From Candidatus Kaiserbacteria bacterium (GTDB lineage: Bacteria > Patescibacteriota > Minisyncoccia > Phycocordibacterales > Phycocordibacteraceae), in contig JACPGH010000005.1 of NCBI GenBank assembly GCA_016182485.1, positions 64,305 through 128,304 on the forward strand: a stretch of 64,000 nt of DNA, written 5' to 3'. The position numbers and the translations under genes are program-made. Under the pieces are notes generated by a model. It was given only the letters and a program-made list of their open reading frames with translations, was not told the origin of the DNA and ran no database searches. The number at the start of each line of letters is the position of its first letter. Position 1 is the first letter of the stretch. Of the stretch, positions 54,708 through 63,860 are shown piece by piece.

Positions 54708-56012
54708 ATGCGCCGCACACTTATCATTGCCGGAATACTTCTGCTCATCATCGGAGCCGGTCTTGCGTACTTCTATTTCTTCGAGAAGCCTCGAGGTATC
54801 GCTGTCGTGCCGCAAGGAGCGGTGAATTTCCCGACGGCCGGGCAGCGGGAACCTACAGCTGGCGGAGGCGCCTCGACCGCCTCAACCCAGACCGCCGCGC
54901 CGGAAGCCGTATCCTCGCGCCTCACGAGGATTAGCGGCGGGCCGGTAGTGCCCGGCGAAGCGGTCGTCGACATTCCGGCCAAAAACGCGAGTCCCGTTGG
55001 AGATCAAATTTCCAACGGGGCAAGCAGCTCCCCCTCCTCGACCTCGCTCGGGGTAAACGACGTCGCAGTTTCGTACATCGAACGGCAGAGCGGGAACGTA
55101 TACGTCTACGTAAAAAGCGCCGGCACGGTGGCGCGCAAAACGAACAAAACTCTCCCAGGCATTCAGTCAGCGCTCTGGGTTCCCGATGGTTCGACCGCCT
55201 TCGTGCGCTACCTCTCGGGCGCCGACTTCTCGAGCGTCAGCACGTATGCATTGCCCGTAGATAACGGGCTATCCGCCGACAGACAGGGATTCTTCCTCCC
55301 GCAAAACCTCGCGGACATCGCCATAGCCTCTTCGAGCCCCGTTGGAAATCCGATTTCCAACGGGGCGAGCATACTCACTCTCGCCTCCGGCGTGAACGGC
55401 TCCGTCGCTTCGCTCGGCAAAATTGACGGTTCGCGCACTTCGGACGCGTTCACTACGCCGCTCTCGGCTCTGCGTATCGCCTTCGCGGGCAAGAACCAAT
55501 ACCTCGCTTTCACCAAGCCGACCTCGTCCTTGCCCGGGTATGCTTTCTTCGTAGATAAAAATGGCCGTTTCTCCCGCGTCGCCGGGCCAGCCAATGGACT
55601 CGTAGCCCTTCCGAGCCCGTCGGGGAAGCACGTGCTCATAAGCTATATCCAAGACGGCTCGATGCAGCTCGCCCTTATTACGGCGGCCACCGGGGAAACG
55701 ACGACCCTGCCTGTGGCGACCATCGCCGATAAATGCGTGTGGACGGCCGATGACTCCGCTGTCTACTGCGGAATCCCCGTATCTCCGTCTGCTATTTATC
55801 AATACCCGGACGACTGGTACCAGGGCGCCGTCGCGTTCTCGGATAGGATCTGGAAGATCGATGTCACCGACCGTTTCGCGCAACTGGTGTTCGACTTTTC
55901 TCTAGAGACCGAGAGCGCGCTAGATGCGCAGGCAATGGCTATCAACCCCTTAGGGACTATGCTCGTATTCGTTAACAAGAACGATGGCTCGCTCTGGGCT
56001 TATTCGCTCTAG
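54708..56012 (+). CDS. membrane-anchored repeat-containing hypothetical protein
   Basis: N-terminal TM helix. Internal repeat (PVGDQISNGASSS / PVGNPISNGASIL). Confidence 0.4.
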   Translation: MRRTLIIAGILLLIIGAGLAYFYFFEKPRGIAVVPQGAVNFPTAGQREPTAGGGASTASTQTAAPEAVSSRLTRISGGPVVPGEAVVDIPAKNASPVGDQISNGASSSPSSTSLGVNDVAVSYIERQSGNVYVYVKSAGTVARKTNKTLPGIQSALWVPDGSTAFVRYLSGADFSSVSTYALPVDNGLSADRQGFFLPQNLADIAIASSSPVGNPISNGASILTLASGVNGSVASLGKIDGSRTSDAFTTPLSALRIAFAGKNQYLAFTKPTSSLPGYAFFVDKNGRFSRVAGPANGLVALPSPSGKHVLISYIQDGSMQLALITAATGETTTLPVATIADKCVWTADDSAVYCGIPVSPSAIYQYPDDWYQGAVAFSDRIWKIDVTDRFAQLVFDFSLETESALDAQAMAINPLGTMLVFVNKNDGSLWAYSL

Positions 56013-56764
56013 ACTTTAGCGGCTAAAGCACCCGCTTCTTTATCGAGCGTGCGGCGTACGTGCCATTCCTGGACCACGCCGGCGAGATTGGTCGTGATGA
56101 AATACAACGCCACCGCGCCGGAAGTCGTGTATGAGATGGTGCCGATGAGGAACGGGAAGACATACTTGAGCTGCATCCCCATCATCTTCTGGAAATCCCC
56201 TTGAAAGCCGCCCGTCCCGGGCGTCGGCTTCATCGTGCCGGAAAGGGCTGCTTGAGCCTGGAAAAATTGCGTTACCGCCGCGAGGACCGCCAGAACGAGG
56301 CTTTTGCCCGCGACTGAAATGAGGCCGAGAAATTGCAGAGAGACTAATTGCGGCACGGGGGTGAAGGCGTAGAGGCGCGCGGCATTGATCGCCGGAAAGG
56401 GCTCGTAGAAGAAGACCCAGTAGAGAGCGAGCAGGATGGGGATCTGTATGAAAAGCGTCAAAATGCTCGCGAACGGGTTTACGCGCGCTTCGCGATAAAG
56501 CGCGAGCGTCTGCACCGCTTCTTTTTCCTTATCTCCCTTATGTTTCTCCTTGAGCTCTTTGAGGCGCGGCTCGAGCTCTTTCATCGCGCGCTGGGTGCGG
56601 GCGGCGGAGAGCGAGAAGGGAAGTAAGACGAGCCGGATAACGATAGTGACAAGGATAATGGCCACGCCCACGTCGCCGTTCGGAATTACCGCTACGAGCG
56701 CGACCAGGGCGTTGTAAATCGGATTATAGAAAACCGCGTGGAAGAACGTTGAGACCCAGGCCAT
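56009..56764 (-). CDS. yidC: membrane protein insertase YidC (short form)
   Basis: Five-TM core with the conserved R (VIRLVLLPFS). Confidence 0.8.
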   Translation of the reverse strand: MAWVSTFFHAVFYNPIYNALVALVAVIPNGDVGVAIILVTIVIRLVLLPFSLSAARTQRAMKELEPRLKELKEKHKGDKEKEAVQTLALYREARVNPFASILTLFIQIPILLALYWVFFYEPFPAINAARLYAFTPVPQLVSLQFLGLISVAGKSLVLAVLAAVTQFFQAQAALSGTMKPTPGTGGFQGDFQKMMGMQLKYVFPFLIGTISYTTSGAVALYFITTNLAGVVQEWHVRRTLDKEAGALAAKV

Positions 56765-56779
56765 CTCGCTATAGTACGG

Positions 56780-57094
56780 TTAACGGTCGGTTTTTGAAAG
56801 CAGTCCTATCAATTCTGCCCGGATCTCGCTGGCCGTCATATCTAGAACCGAGGCTTTTGGGTAGATCAAAAGGGAAGGGGGCAGGGCAGAGAGCGCGCGG
56901 AGAGCTCCCAGGACTCGACGTTTGAGGCGGTGGCGAGTGACTGAGAGCCGGGCGGTCTTTTTAGGGACGATGACGGCATAGCCTGTGGCTCCTCTGGGCA
57001 CTATGACTTGGAAATGCGCGGAGGAGAGCCTCAAGGCGCCTTTAATAGCCTTGGGGAAGGCGGTTCTCGAGAGCCGCTGGCTCCTGGGGAACAC
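56780..57094 (-). CDS. rnpA: ribonuclease P protein component
   Basis: Basic about 100 aa protein; RNR-like motif (RHRLKRRV). Confidence 0.75.
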   Translation of the reverse strand: MFPRSQRLSRTAFPKAIKGALRLSSAHFQVIVPRGATGYAVIVPKKTARLSVTRHRLKRRVLGALRALSALPPSLLIYPKASVLDMTASEIRAELIGLLSKTDR

Positions 57095-57096
57095 GG

Positions 57097-57231
57097 TTAG
57101 ACCGCGAGGCGCGTGCGCCCCGCGCGGCGGCGACGGCGGACGATCTTCCTGCCAGAGCTGGTCTCTGCCCGCGCGCGAAAGCCGTGGGTTCGGGCGCGTT
57201 TACGCTTCTTGGGTTGGTAGGTGAAAGACAT
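57097..57231 (-). CDS. rpmH: 50S ribosomal protein L34
   Basis: Hand translation gives [21 protein letters not shown]...GRKIVRRRR, the L34 signature. Not in the ORF track (<60 aa). Confidence 0.8.
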   Translation of the reverse strand: MSFTYQPKKRKRARTHGFRARAETSSGRKIVRRRRRAGRTRLAV

Positions 57232-57326
57232 TGTTGAGTCAAGACGCTGCTATGCACACGATAGTAACAGGTTTTAAACAAATTGCCACAGTGTTGCTTT
57301 TCCCGAGCCAGCGTATAATCCAGGCA

Positions 57327-58682
57327 ATGGATCGAAGCAATCCGAGAGAACTCTGGGAATACACGCTGACCCAAGTAGAGCTCTCGATATCTCCCGCTAA
57401 CTTCAACACCTGGTTCCGCAACAGTTTCATACACAAAATAGGAGAGGACGGCGTTATTTATATAGGAATCCCTAGTCAATTCTTTAAGGATTGGTATTTG
57501 AAAAAGTTCCATACTCTTCTCTTAAAGATTTTCCGAGATATCTCGTTTGAGTTCCGGAATATCGAGTACGTCATCGTGAAGGACGAGCGGCGCAAGGCCG
57601 CGCCCCGGGAGACAAAAAGCGTCCCGGGGGCCATGGAACTCCCGCTCAACGAGTTCTACATCAACAAAAGCGACAATTTGAACCCGCGCTACACCTTCGA
57701 TACGTTCGTCATCGGGTCGTTCAACAGCCTTGCTTACGCGGCCGCTCAAGCGGCGCTTGAGCATCCCGGCATAATCTACAACCCGCTCTTTGTCTACGGG
57801 GATACCGGCCGCGGCAAAACGCATCTTATCCAGGCAATCGGCAATCATTTTAAAAAGCAGTACCCGGGCCGCAAGGTCTATTATCTGACATCCGAAAAAT
57901 TCACGGTCGATTACACCGACTCCGTGCAGGCGGGGACTGCGAATCGTTTTAAAGACAAATATCGCCAATACGATCTTCTTATCATGGACGATGTGCAGTT
58001 CCTGTCGAAAAAAGAGAAGACCGAGGAGGAGCTTTTCCATCTATTCAACGCGCTTCACGACGCGAATAAACAGATTATTTTTTCCTCAGACAGGTCGCCG
58101 GCCGCTATCCCAGATATCGCCGAGCGCCTGAAGGGCCGTCTAGCGAGCGGAATGACTGTAGATATAGGCGAACCGGATCCTGAGTCGCGCATGGCCATTA
58201 TCCGCAAGAAATCAGCCTCGCACGGCATCCTCCTCTCGGAGGAGGTTGTAGAGTACGTCGCGACCTCGGTATCCGGCTCGATTCGCGAGCTTGAAGGGAT
58301 GGTAAATAGCATAATTTGCCATGCGCAGGCGCGGGGCTCTACGCCAAACATCTCGGAAGTGCGGCAGTCAATCCGTTCTTTCATGCGGCCGCAGAAGAAC
58401 ATATCAGTGAAGAATGTCGTCGACCGGGTCGCTAGTTTCTATGGTATCGATGAAGAAAGCATCTATGAGAAGACCCGCCGGAGAGAAGTGGTGCGCCCGC
58501 GACAGGTCATCATGTACCTGTTGCGGGAAGATTTCAGTATTTCGTACCCGACTATCGGCACGAAGATAGGCGGGCGCGATCATACGACGGTTATCCACTC
58601 CTGTGAAAAAATAAAAAAAGAAATCGTGGTGGATAACGAGCTCGCAAAAGAGATTCAGAACATACGCACCCTTCTCGTATGA
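57327..58682 (+). CDS. dnaA: chromosomal replication initiator DnaA
   Basis: AAA+ Walker A (GDTGRGKTHL), Walker B (LLIMDDVQFL), C-terminal DnaA box-binding domain. Start at MDRSNP. Confidence 0.9.
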   Translation: MDRSNPRELWEYTLTQVELSISPANFNTWFRNSFIHKIGEDGVIYIGIPSQFFKDWYLKKFHTLLLKIFRDISFEFRNIEYVIVKDERRKAAPRETKSVPGAMELPLNEFYINKSDNLNPRYTFDTFVIGSFNSLAYAAAQAALEHPGIIYNPLFVYGDTGRGKTHLIQAIGNHFKKQYPGRKVYYLTSEKFTVDYTDSVQAGTANRFKDKYRQYDLLIMDDVQFLSKKEKTEEELFHLFNALHDANKQIIFSSDRSPAAIPDIAERLKGRLASGMTVDIGEPDPESRMAIIRKKSASHGILLSEEVVEYVATSVSGSIRELEGMVNSIICHAQARGSTPNISEVRQSIRSFMRPQKNISVKNVVDRVASFYGIDEESIYEKTRRREVVRPRQVIMYLLREDFSISYPTIGTKIGGRDHTTVIHSCEKIKKEIVVDNELAKEIQNIRTLLV

Positions 58683-58794
58683 ACACCTTCTCGGACTTTT
58701 CCACTCGTTCTGAATTATCGCCCACTGCTTTCTACCTAGTCCTTGCTGTATTTTTTGAACTTATACACCTATCCCCACTCCTAATAAATTCCGT
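58683..58794. promoter_or_regulatory. dnaA-dnaN spacer with DnaA-box-like 9-mers (candidate oriC segment)
   Basis: ttatccccac and ctatcccca (TTATCCACA-like, one mismatch) in an AT-rich spacer. Confidence 0.3.
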
Positions 58795-59895
58795 ATGAAT
58801 ATTTCAATAAATAAAAAGATATTCTCTGAGGCTGTGCATAAAGCTTCCAGATTCTCCGAGCGCAAGACCGGAACACTGCCAATCCTTTCTTCCATCCTCA
58901 TTCTCTCAAGCGATGAGGGGATCAAAATGCGTGCGACTAATTTAGAGATCGGCATCGATCTGAAAGTCGAAGGAGAATCTAAATCGCACGGGGTCGCGGC
59001 AGTTCCTGCGACCGTCCTCGGACAGATCGCCGGTTCCTTAAGCGGAGACGGGAATGTAACCCTGGAACATACCGGAGAGCTAGTGTCGTTCAATAGCGGG
59101 ACTGGCAAGAGCCTTATAAAGACCATTCCGTACGAAGATTTCCCCTCGATCCCGTTTCCAGAAAATCCTAAGAACAGGATAGTATTACCGGGAGTCCTTC
59201 TCCAATCCCTCCTGTCTTCTATAGTCTCGTGCGCCTCTGCTTCTACGGTCCGTCCCGAATTGGCGAGCGTTTATCTCTCTGTAGAAGGCGGGGTCCTGAC
59301 GGCGGTAGCGACTGATTCTTTTCGTTTAGCGGAGAAGAAGGTGCCGTTGTCGCAAAAAGGCACTCAAGGGAAATTCCTAATTCCTGCCAAGAACGCGGCG
59401 GATATTGCGCAGACGCTTCCGGACGAGGATGTGATAGTCTCTTTCGACGAACATCAGGTAGCGTTCGTGAGTACTAAGGGAATGATAGTGTCGCGCCTCA
59501 CGAACGCCACCTATCCGGATTACCGGCAGATCATACCCAAGGAATCAATCGTAGAAGCAAGTGTCCTTCGGAAGGATTTTGAATTGGCGCTCAAGCGCAG
59601 CAGTATTTTTTCGGATTCGTTCCAGAAGGTGAAATTGACGTTCGATCCGAAGAAGAACGCACTCTCTCTTTACTCACGCAACGCCGATATCGGAGAATCC
59701 ACGGAAACGCTTCCGGCAAAAGTCGAAGGGAACGCGCTTGAAATATCCTTTAATCACCATTATCTCTCGGCGGCTCTGGGGCTCACGCAAGCCGAAAGCC
59801 TCTCCTTCTGCGCGGCCGGCCCCGGCCGCCCGCTCATCATCAAAGGCCTCGGCGACACATCTCTTCTGTATCTCGTCTCCCCGATGAATCAATGA
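58795..59895 (+). CDS. dnaN: DNA polymerase III beta sliding clamp
   Basis: Three-domain clamp, length 366 aa, N-terminus typical (MNISINKKIF...). Confidence 0.9.
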   Translation: MNISINKKIFSEAVHKASRFSERKTGTLPILSSILILSSDEGIKMRATNLEIGIDLKVEGESKSHGVAAVPATVLGQIAGSLSGDGNVTLEHTGELVSFNSGTGKSLIKTIPYEDFPSIPFPENPKNRIVLPGVLLQSLLSSIVSCASASTVRPELASVYLSVEGGVLTAVATDSFRLAEKKVPLSQKGTQGKFLIPAKNAADIAQTLPDEDVIVSFDEHQVAFVSTKGMIVSRLTNATYPDYRQIIPKESIVEASVLRKDFELALKRSSIFSDSFQKVKLTFDPKKNALSLYSRNADIGESTETLPAKVEGNALEISFNHHYLSAALGLTQAESLSFCAAGPGRPLIIKGLGDTSLLYLVSPMNQ

Positions 59896-59958
59896 GTATG
59901 AAGTCGGTTGTAATTTGCGGGAGTCGCCGTCATATCAACTCCGGAAGAGTTAATACCT

Positions 59959-60320
59959 ATGAAAATAATTCTCGGTTCATCCTCAAAATATCGAAAGCGA
60001 GTTTTGGAAGAAAATGGATACAAGTTCGGGATAATGATTCCGGACATAGACGAAAAGAAAATAAGAACCGAGGATCCTTACGAATTGCCTCTAATGATCG
60101 CTGAAGCTAAAGCGGCTGCACTCATTCCGAAAATTCCCGACCCAGCTCTCTTGATCACTTCAGATCAAATCGTCGTTTGTGATAGGCAGGTGTATGAAAA
60201 ACCACAAACGGAAGAAGAAGCGAGATCCTTCCTTCAAAAATACAGTTCAGGATATCCTCGACAGCGTCATTGGCTTGCCCACAGATCTTCTTAAGAAGCT
60301 ACTGGACGAAGTCGAGCCTT
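59959..60320 (+). pseudogene. Maf-like nucleotide pyrophosphatase, apparently degraded (N-terminal ~95 aa in frame 1; Maf-like C-terminal tail in frame 3)
   Basis: N-terminal Maf motifs (ILGSSS.YR..VL). A +2 frame after residue ~95 reads ...DSVIGLPTDLLKKLLDEVEP*, resembling the Maf C-terminus. The middle ~70 aa are missing. Confidence 0.45.
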
Positions 60321-60329
60321 AGAGATTGT

Positions 60330-60358
60330 GAAGTAAAGAGGTTTGACCTCTTTACTTC
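60330..60358. terminator. perfect 13 bp-stem hairpin C (GAAGTAAAGAGGTTTGACCTCTTTACTTC) between convergent maf-like and PBP genes
   Basis: Same hairpin at 29003-29029. Confidence 0.5.
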
Positions 60359-62534
60359 AGGGCGCCGCGGTCGTAGTCGTGCCAACGGAAGCCGCGTCAA
60401 CAGAAAGCGGCACGGGGAGCATAACGCCGCCGGCGAAGAGGTCCGGGCGCGCGGCGTACCACGCCGACACCGCATATTCCCAATAATTGAACTGCGGATC
60501 TGCCCAAGGGTTGTCCGGAGAAGGCCCTTGCGGATCGTTCTTATTCACCCAATAAAGCTCGCTGTGGGGAACTACCTGCCCCTGTGCATCGGGGATGCGC
60601 CAGTCGCCCCGCAGCATCGGCGGCACGGAGGCATAGATAGGACTGGGCTCGCCGAAATAGGCAGGCGGATATTTCGAGAGAGCATAGGACATCGCCTCTT
60701 TCCACATCGGCGCCGCGATGAGCCCGGCGAGCGATTTAGCCGGCGTGTTGTCGTTGTTGCCTACCCACACGCCGATAGCAATTGAGGGCGTGAAGCCCAC
60801 GGTCCAGGCATCGCGGGAGTTGTCCGTAGTACCGGTTTTGACGGCGACTTCATGTCCGGGGATGTCGAGCACGCCTCCCGGCCGATATTCGGGGATGCGC
60901 GCGATCGGGTCGGAGAGCATTGCCGAGATATCCCGCGCGATGTTCTGCGGAACGACCTGGACCGGCTGCTGCGTATACTTCGCGAGCACATTCCCCTGCG
61001 CGTCCGTGACCTCAAGGATTCCGGTCGGCTTGTTTAAGACGCCGTCGTTGCCGAAAACGCTAAATGCGCCGACGAGATCGAGAAGCCGTACTTCGCCGCC
61101 GCCGAGGACAAGCGTAAGCCCGTATTGGCTCGCGTTGCCGAGCGTCGTAAGCCCGAAGGATTTGGCGAGGTTGACCGCCTCCGTTATCCCGGCCATATAG
61201 AGCACCTTGATGGCAGGAATGTTGATGGACTGCGCGAGCGCCGTCTCGAAGGTCATCGGACCGCGGTGCGCGTTGTCGTAGTTCTTCGGCGCGTAGCAGG
61301 GATAGGTGTTGTTGAACGTATCCGAGGGATTGCAGGCCGTGGAAAATTGCGTCGGCACGTCGAAGACCACCGTATTGCGCGTAAATCCGCGCATGAGCGC
61401 GAGCGCATAAATAAACGGCTTCATGGTGGAACCGGGCTGGCGCAGCGCGAGGGTAGCGTTGTATTGCCCGTCTATCTCCTTGTCAAAGAAATAGCGGGAA
61501 CCTACCATCGCAAGGATTTGTCCCGTCGCGGGCTCGACCGCGGCAAGAGCCGCGTTTTTGGCGCCGCCATTGGCCTGATTCTTTAGCGCGGTCTTATTCG
61601 TGATCTCCTCCGCTTTCACTTGCAGGTCCGCGTCGAGCGTCGTCGTTACTTTGAGGCCGGACATAAGGGCGTTAGGCCCGTACATCTCCTCGAGCTGACC
61701 CAGAATATAAAATACGAAATGAGGGGCAATGATGGCATTTTTTCCGGTGGTAGAGAAAGCGATGTCCTCGGCTTTCGCGGCCGCGAGAGCCGCGTCGTCG
61801 ATGAAGCCAAGCGCGCGCATACGCTCAAGAACGACATCCCGGCGCGCATCGAGCTCCGCTCGATGCGCGCCATAAGGCGAGAAGTAGCTCGGCGCCTGGA
61901 TCATGGCGGCGAGGTACGCCGCCTGAGCGGGGGAGAGATCTTTTGCGCTTATGCCGAAGTACGCTTCAGAAGCGGCCTCGATGCCGTAGAGCGTGCCGCC
62001 GTACGGGATGTCATTCAGATAGGCTTCGAGGATCTGGTCCTTCGCGTACATCTGCTCGAGCTTGATCGCGAGGACTAGCTCCTGGATCTTGCGCGTGAAG
62101 CTCTTCTTGTTGGTGAGGAGAACATTCTTCACCACCTGCTGGGTTATGGTCGAGCCGCCCTGCGAGAGACTTCCGCCGAGAATGTCAGCGATGATGGCCC
62201 GGATTATCGAGGTGATACGAATGCCGCCGTGCTGATAGAAGCTCGAGTCCTCGATCGCAATGGTGGCCTGAATGGCGTTCGGGGAGATGTCCGCTAAAGG
62301 AACGATCTCCCGTTTCGCGTCCCGGTTGTAGTCATAGAGAAGCACTTGCCCGGTGCGGTCATAGATCTTAGTGGACTGGTCTACCTGCCGGGACGCGAAG
62401 GAATTGATGTCGGGCGTCGAGGTAAGCGCCACGTCGAGAAGCATGATGCCGGCGAGAAGGAAGCCGCAGCCGAGCAGTACCAATATAGAAACGACGACCG
62501 TATGTCGTTTCGGCATACGCATTGGGAAACGCAT
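60357..62534 (-). CDS. class A penicillin-binding protein (transglycosylase + transpeptidase)
   Basis: GT51 motifs (EDSSFYQHGG), transpeptidase SxxK (STMKP), SxN, KTGT. Confidence 0.85.
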   Translation of the reverse strand: MRFPMRMPKRHTVVVSILVLLGCGFLLAGIMLLDVALTSTPDINSFASRQVDQSTKIYDRTGQVLLYDYNRDAKREIVPLADISPNAIQATIAIEDSSFYQHGGIRITSIIRAIIADILGGSLSQGGSTITQQVVKNVLLTNKKSFTRKIQELVLAIKLEQMYAKDQILEAYLNDIPYGGTLYGIEAASEAYFGISAKDLSPAQAAYLAAMIQAPSYFSPYGAHRAELDARRDVVLERMRALGFIDDAALAAAKAEDIAFSTTGKNAIIAPHFVFYILGQLEEMYGPNALMSGLKVTTTLDADLQVKAEEITNKTALKNQANGGAKNAALAAVEPATGQILAMVGSRYFFDKEIDGQYNATLALRQPGSTMKPFIYALALMRGFTRNTVVFDVPTQFSTACNPSDTFNNTYPCYAPKNYDNAHRGPMTFETALAQSINIPAIKVLYMAGITEAVNLAKSFGLTTLGNASQYGLTLVLGGGEVRLLDLVGAFSVFGNDGVLNKPTGILEVTDAQGNVLAKYTQQPVQVVPQNIARDISAMLSDPIARIPEYRPGGVLDIPGHEVAVKTGTTDNSRDAWTVGFTPSIAIGVWVGNNDNTPAKSLAGLIAAPMWKEAMSYALSKYPPAYFGEPSPIYASVPPMLRGDWRIPDAQGQVVPHSELYWVNKNDPQGPSPDNPWADPQFNYWEYAVSAWYAARPDLFAGGVMLPVPLSVDAASVGTTTTAAP

Positions 62535-62543
62535 CGCCCTATG

Positions 62544-62661
62544 TTACCATTCTTCCCTTTCGAGCTTGGCCCCGCCGTCTTCCCGAGGGTCAAATTCGTC
62601 TTCTTCAAGCCCCAATTCCTCGTCTTCTATATCCAAAACTTCTTTGTCATCGTCGATCATA
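62544..62661 (-). CDS. putative 38-aa highly acidic peptide upstream of the PBP gene
   Basis: Hand translation: MIDDDKEVLDIEDEELGLEEDEFDPREDGGAKLEREEW. Not in the track (<60 aa). Speculative. Confidence 0.2.
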
Positions 62662-62725
62662 GGGCTATATGTACCAAAAATCTTTTTCCGCGCAAGGGGG
62701 TCTCATTTAGCCTGGGGATAGAGGG

Positions 62726-63325
62726 CTAATGCGAGCGAGCTAGAGCGGTGATGCCGATCGCGATCGCGTCGAGTTCGTCGTCGAGGCGCTTCTTGCCGGC
62801 CGGCGGACGCGGAAGCGCGAGGAGTTTTGGGATCATCCGGGCGATCGCGGCTTTGTCCGCGTTGCCGTAGCCGGTGACGGCGCTCTTCACTTGCTGAGGG
62901 GAGCACTCAAGGACGGGAAGCGCGGCGGCGCCGGCCGCCGCGAGGATGGCGCCGCGCGCCTCCGCGACGCCGATGGCTGTCTTCTTGTTGATACTGAAAA
63001 AAAGCGTTTCGATAGCGAGCGAATTCGGCCGATACTTTTTGATGGCGCTTGTAACCGCTTGAGAAACGCGCGCGAGGCGGGTCGCGCGCGCGCCGGCGGC
63101 AGGCACGACACAGCCGCTCATAAGGAGAGTCGGCCGGGATGGATCGCCCTCGACGACCGCGATGCCGCAACGGTCATATCCCGGGTCGATCGCGAGAACG
63201 CGGGAAATCGGCGACCGGGCGATTTGACGAGCCTTTGGGTCCGCATACCGCGGCTCCGGGTTGCGAGGGCGCCGAGCCAAAGCTCTCGCAAATCGCTCGG
63301 TCGCCTCACTCTTGCGTGCTTTCAT
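62726..63325 (-). CDS. ruvC: Holliday junction resolvase RuvC
   Basis: VLAIDPG...GIAVVEG and the acidic catalytic pattern. The N-terminal ~40 aa extension is uncertain; no canonical start is adjacent to the conserved core. Confidence 0.75.
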   Translation of the reverse strand: MKARKSEATERFARALARRPRNPEPRYADPKARQIARSPISRVLAIDPGYDRCGIAVVEGDPSRPTLLMSGCVVPAAGARATRLARVSQAVTSAIKKYRPNSLAIETLFFSINKKTAIGVAEARGAILAAAGAAALPVLECSPQQVKSAVTGYGNADKAAIARMIPKLLALPRPPAGKKRLDDELDAIAIGITALARSH

Positions 63326-63860
63326 AGCCGCGCGCGTTCGTGAATACCTGCTGGACGTCTTCGTGGTCGTCGAGGGCGGTCAAGAGGGAGGAAAGTCCTT
63401 CCTCGTCTGCCCCCGATAGCTCAAAGAGGGGCTCGTTCGGCGTATATAAGCCCGAACCCTTCGTGAAAGCCCAGCTCGCGGCGCCCGGGCTCGCGAGCGC
63501 TACTCCGTGCTGCGAGAGCAGGTGTTTTATTTCTTGAGTGGTGCGATTTTTATTGTCCGTAAGTGCCTCGACTAAAATCGCAATACCGCCCGGGCCGTAC
63601 GCCTCGTACAGGATTTGCTCCAGATCTCCGGAATCTTTAGAAATGCCTTTCGCGACGGCGCGCTCGATATTCTCTTTGGGCATGTTCGCCGCCTTCGCGC
63701 GGGCGATGACCGCCGCGAGCGCCGGCACCGTCACGGAGCCGCCCGCTTTCTTCGACTCCACCGTGAGCAGGCGCGCGAAGCGGGAAAAAACGCGGCTTCT
63801 CGCGGCGTCCGCCGCACCCTTCTGCCGTTTAATCTGCGCCCATTTGCTGTGTCCGGACAT
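63306..63860 (-). CDS. yebC: YebC/PmpR-family protein (short form)
   Basis: MSGHSKWAQIKRQKG canonical N-terminus. 184 aa is shorter than the typical ~240 aa. Confidence 0.75.
   Translation of the reverse strand: MSGHSKWAQIKRQKGAADAARSRVFSRFARLLTVESKKAGGSVTVPALAAVIARAKAANMPKENIERAVAKGISKDSGDLEQILYEAYGPGGIAILVEALTDNKNRTTQEIKHLLSQHGVALASPGAASWAFTKGSGLYTPNEPLFELSGADEEGLSSLLTALDDHEDVQQVFTNARGYESTQE

Noticed and set aside
57231-57326. First 32 codons of the dnaA ORF in the track ([14 protein letters not shown]...)
   Set aside because: DnaA homology starts at MDRSNPRELWEY (57327). The extension would abut the rpmH start codon on the other strand, leaving no promoter space.
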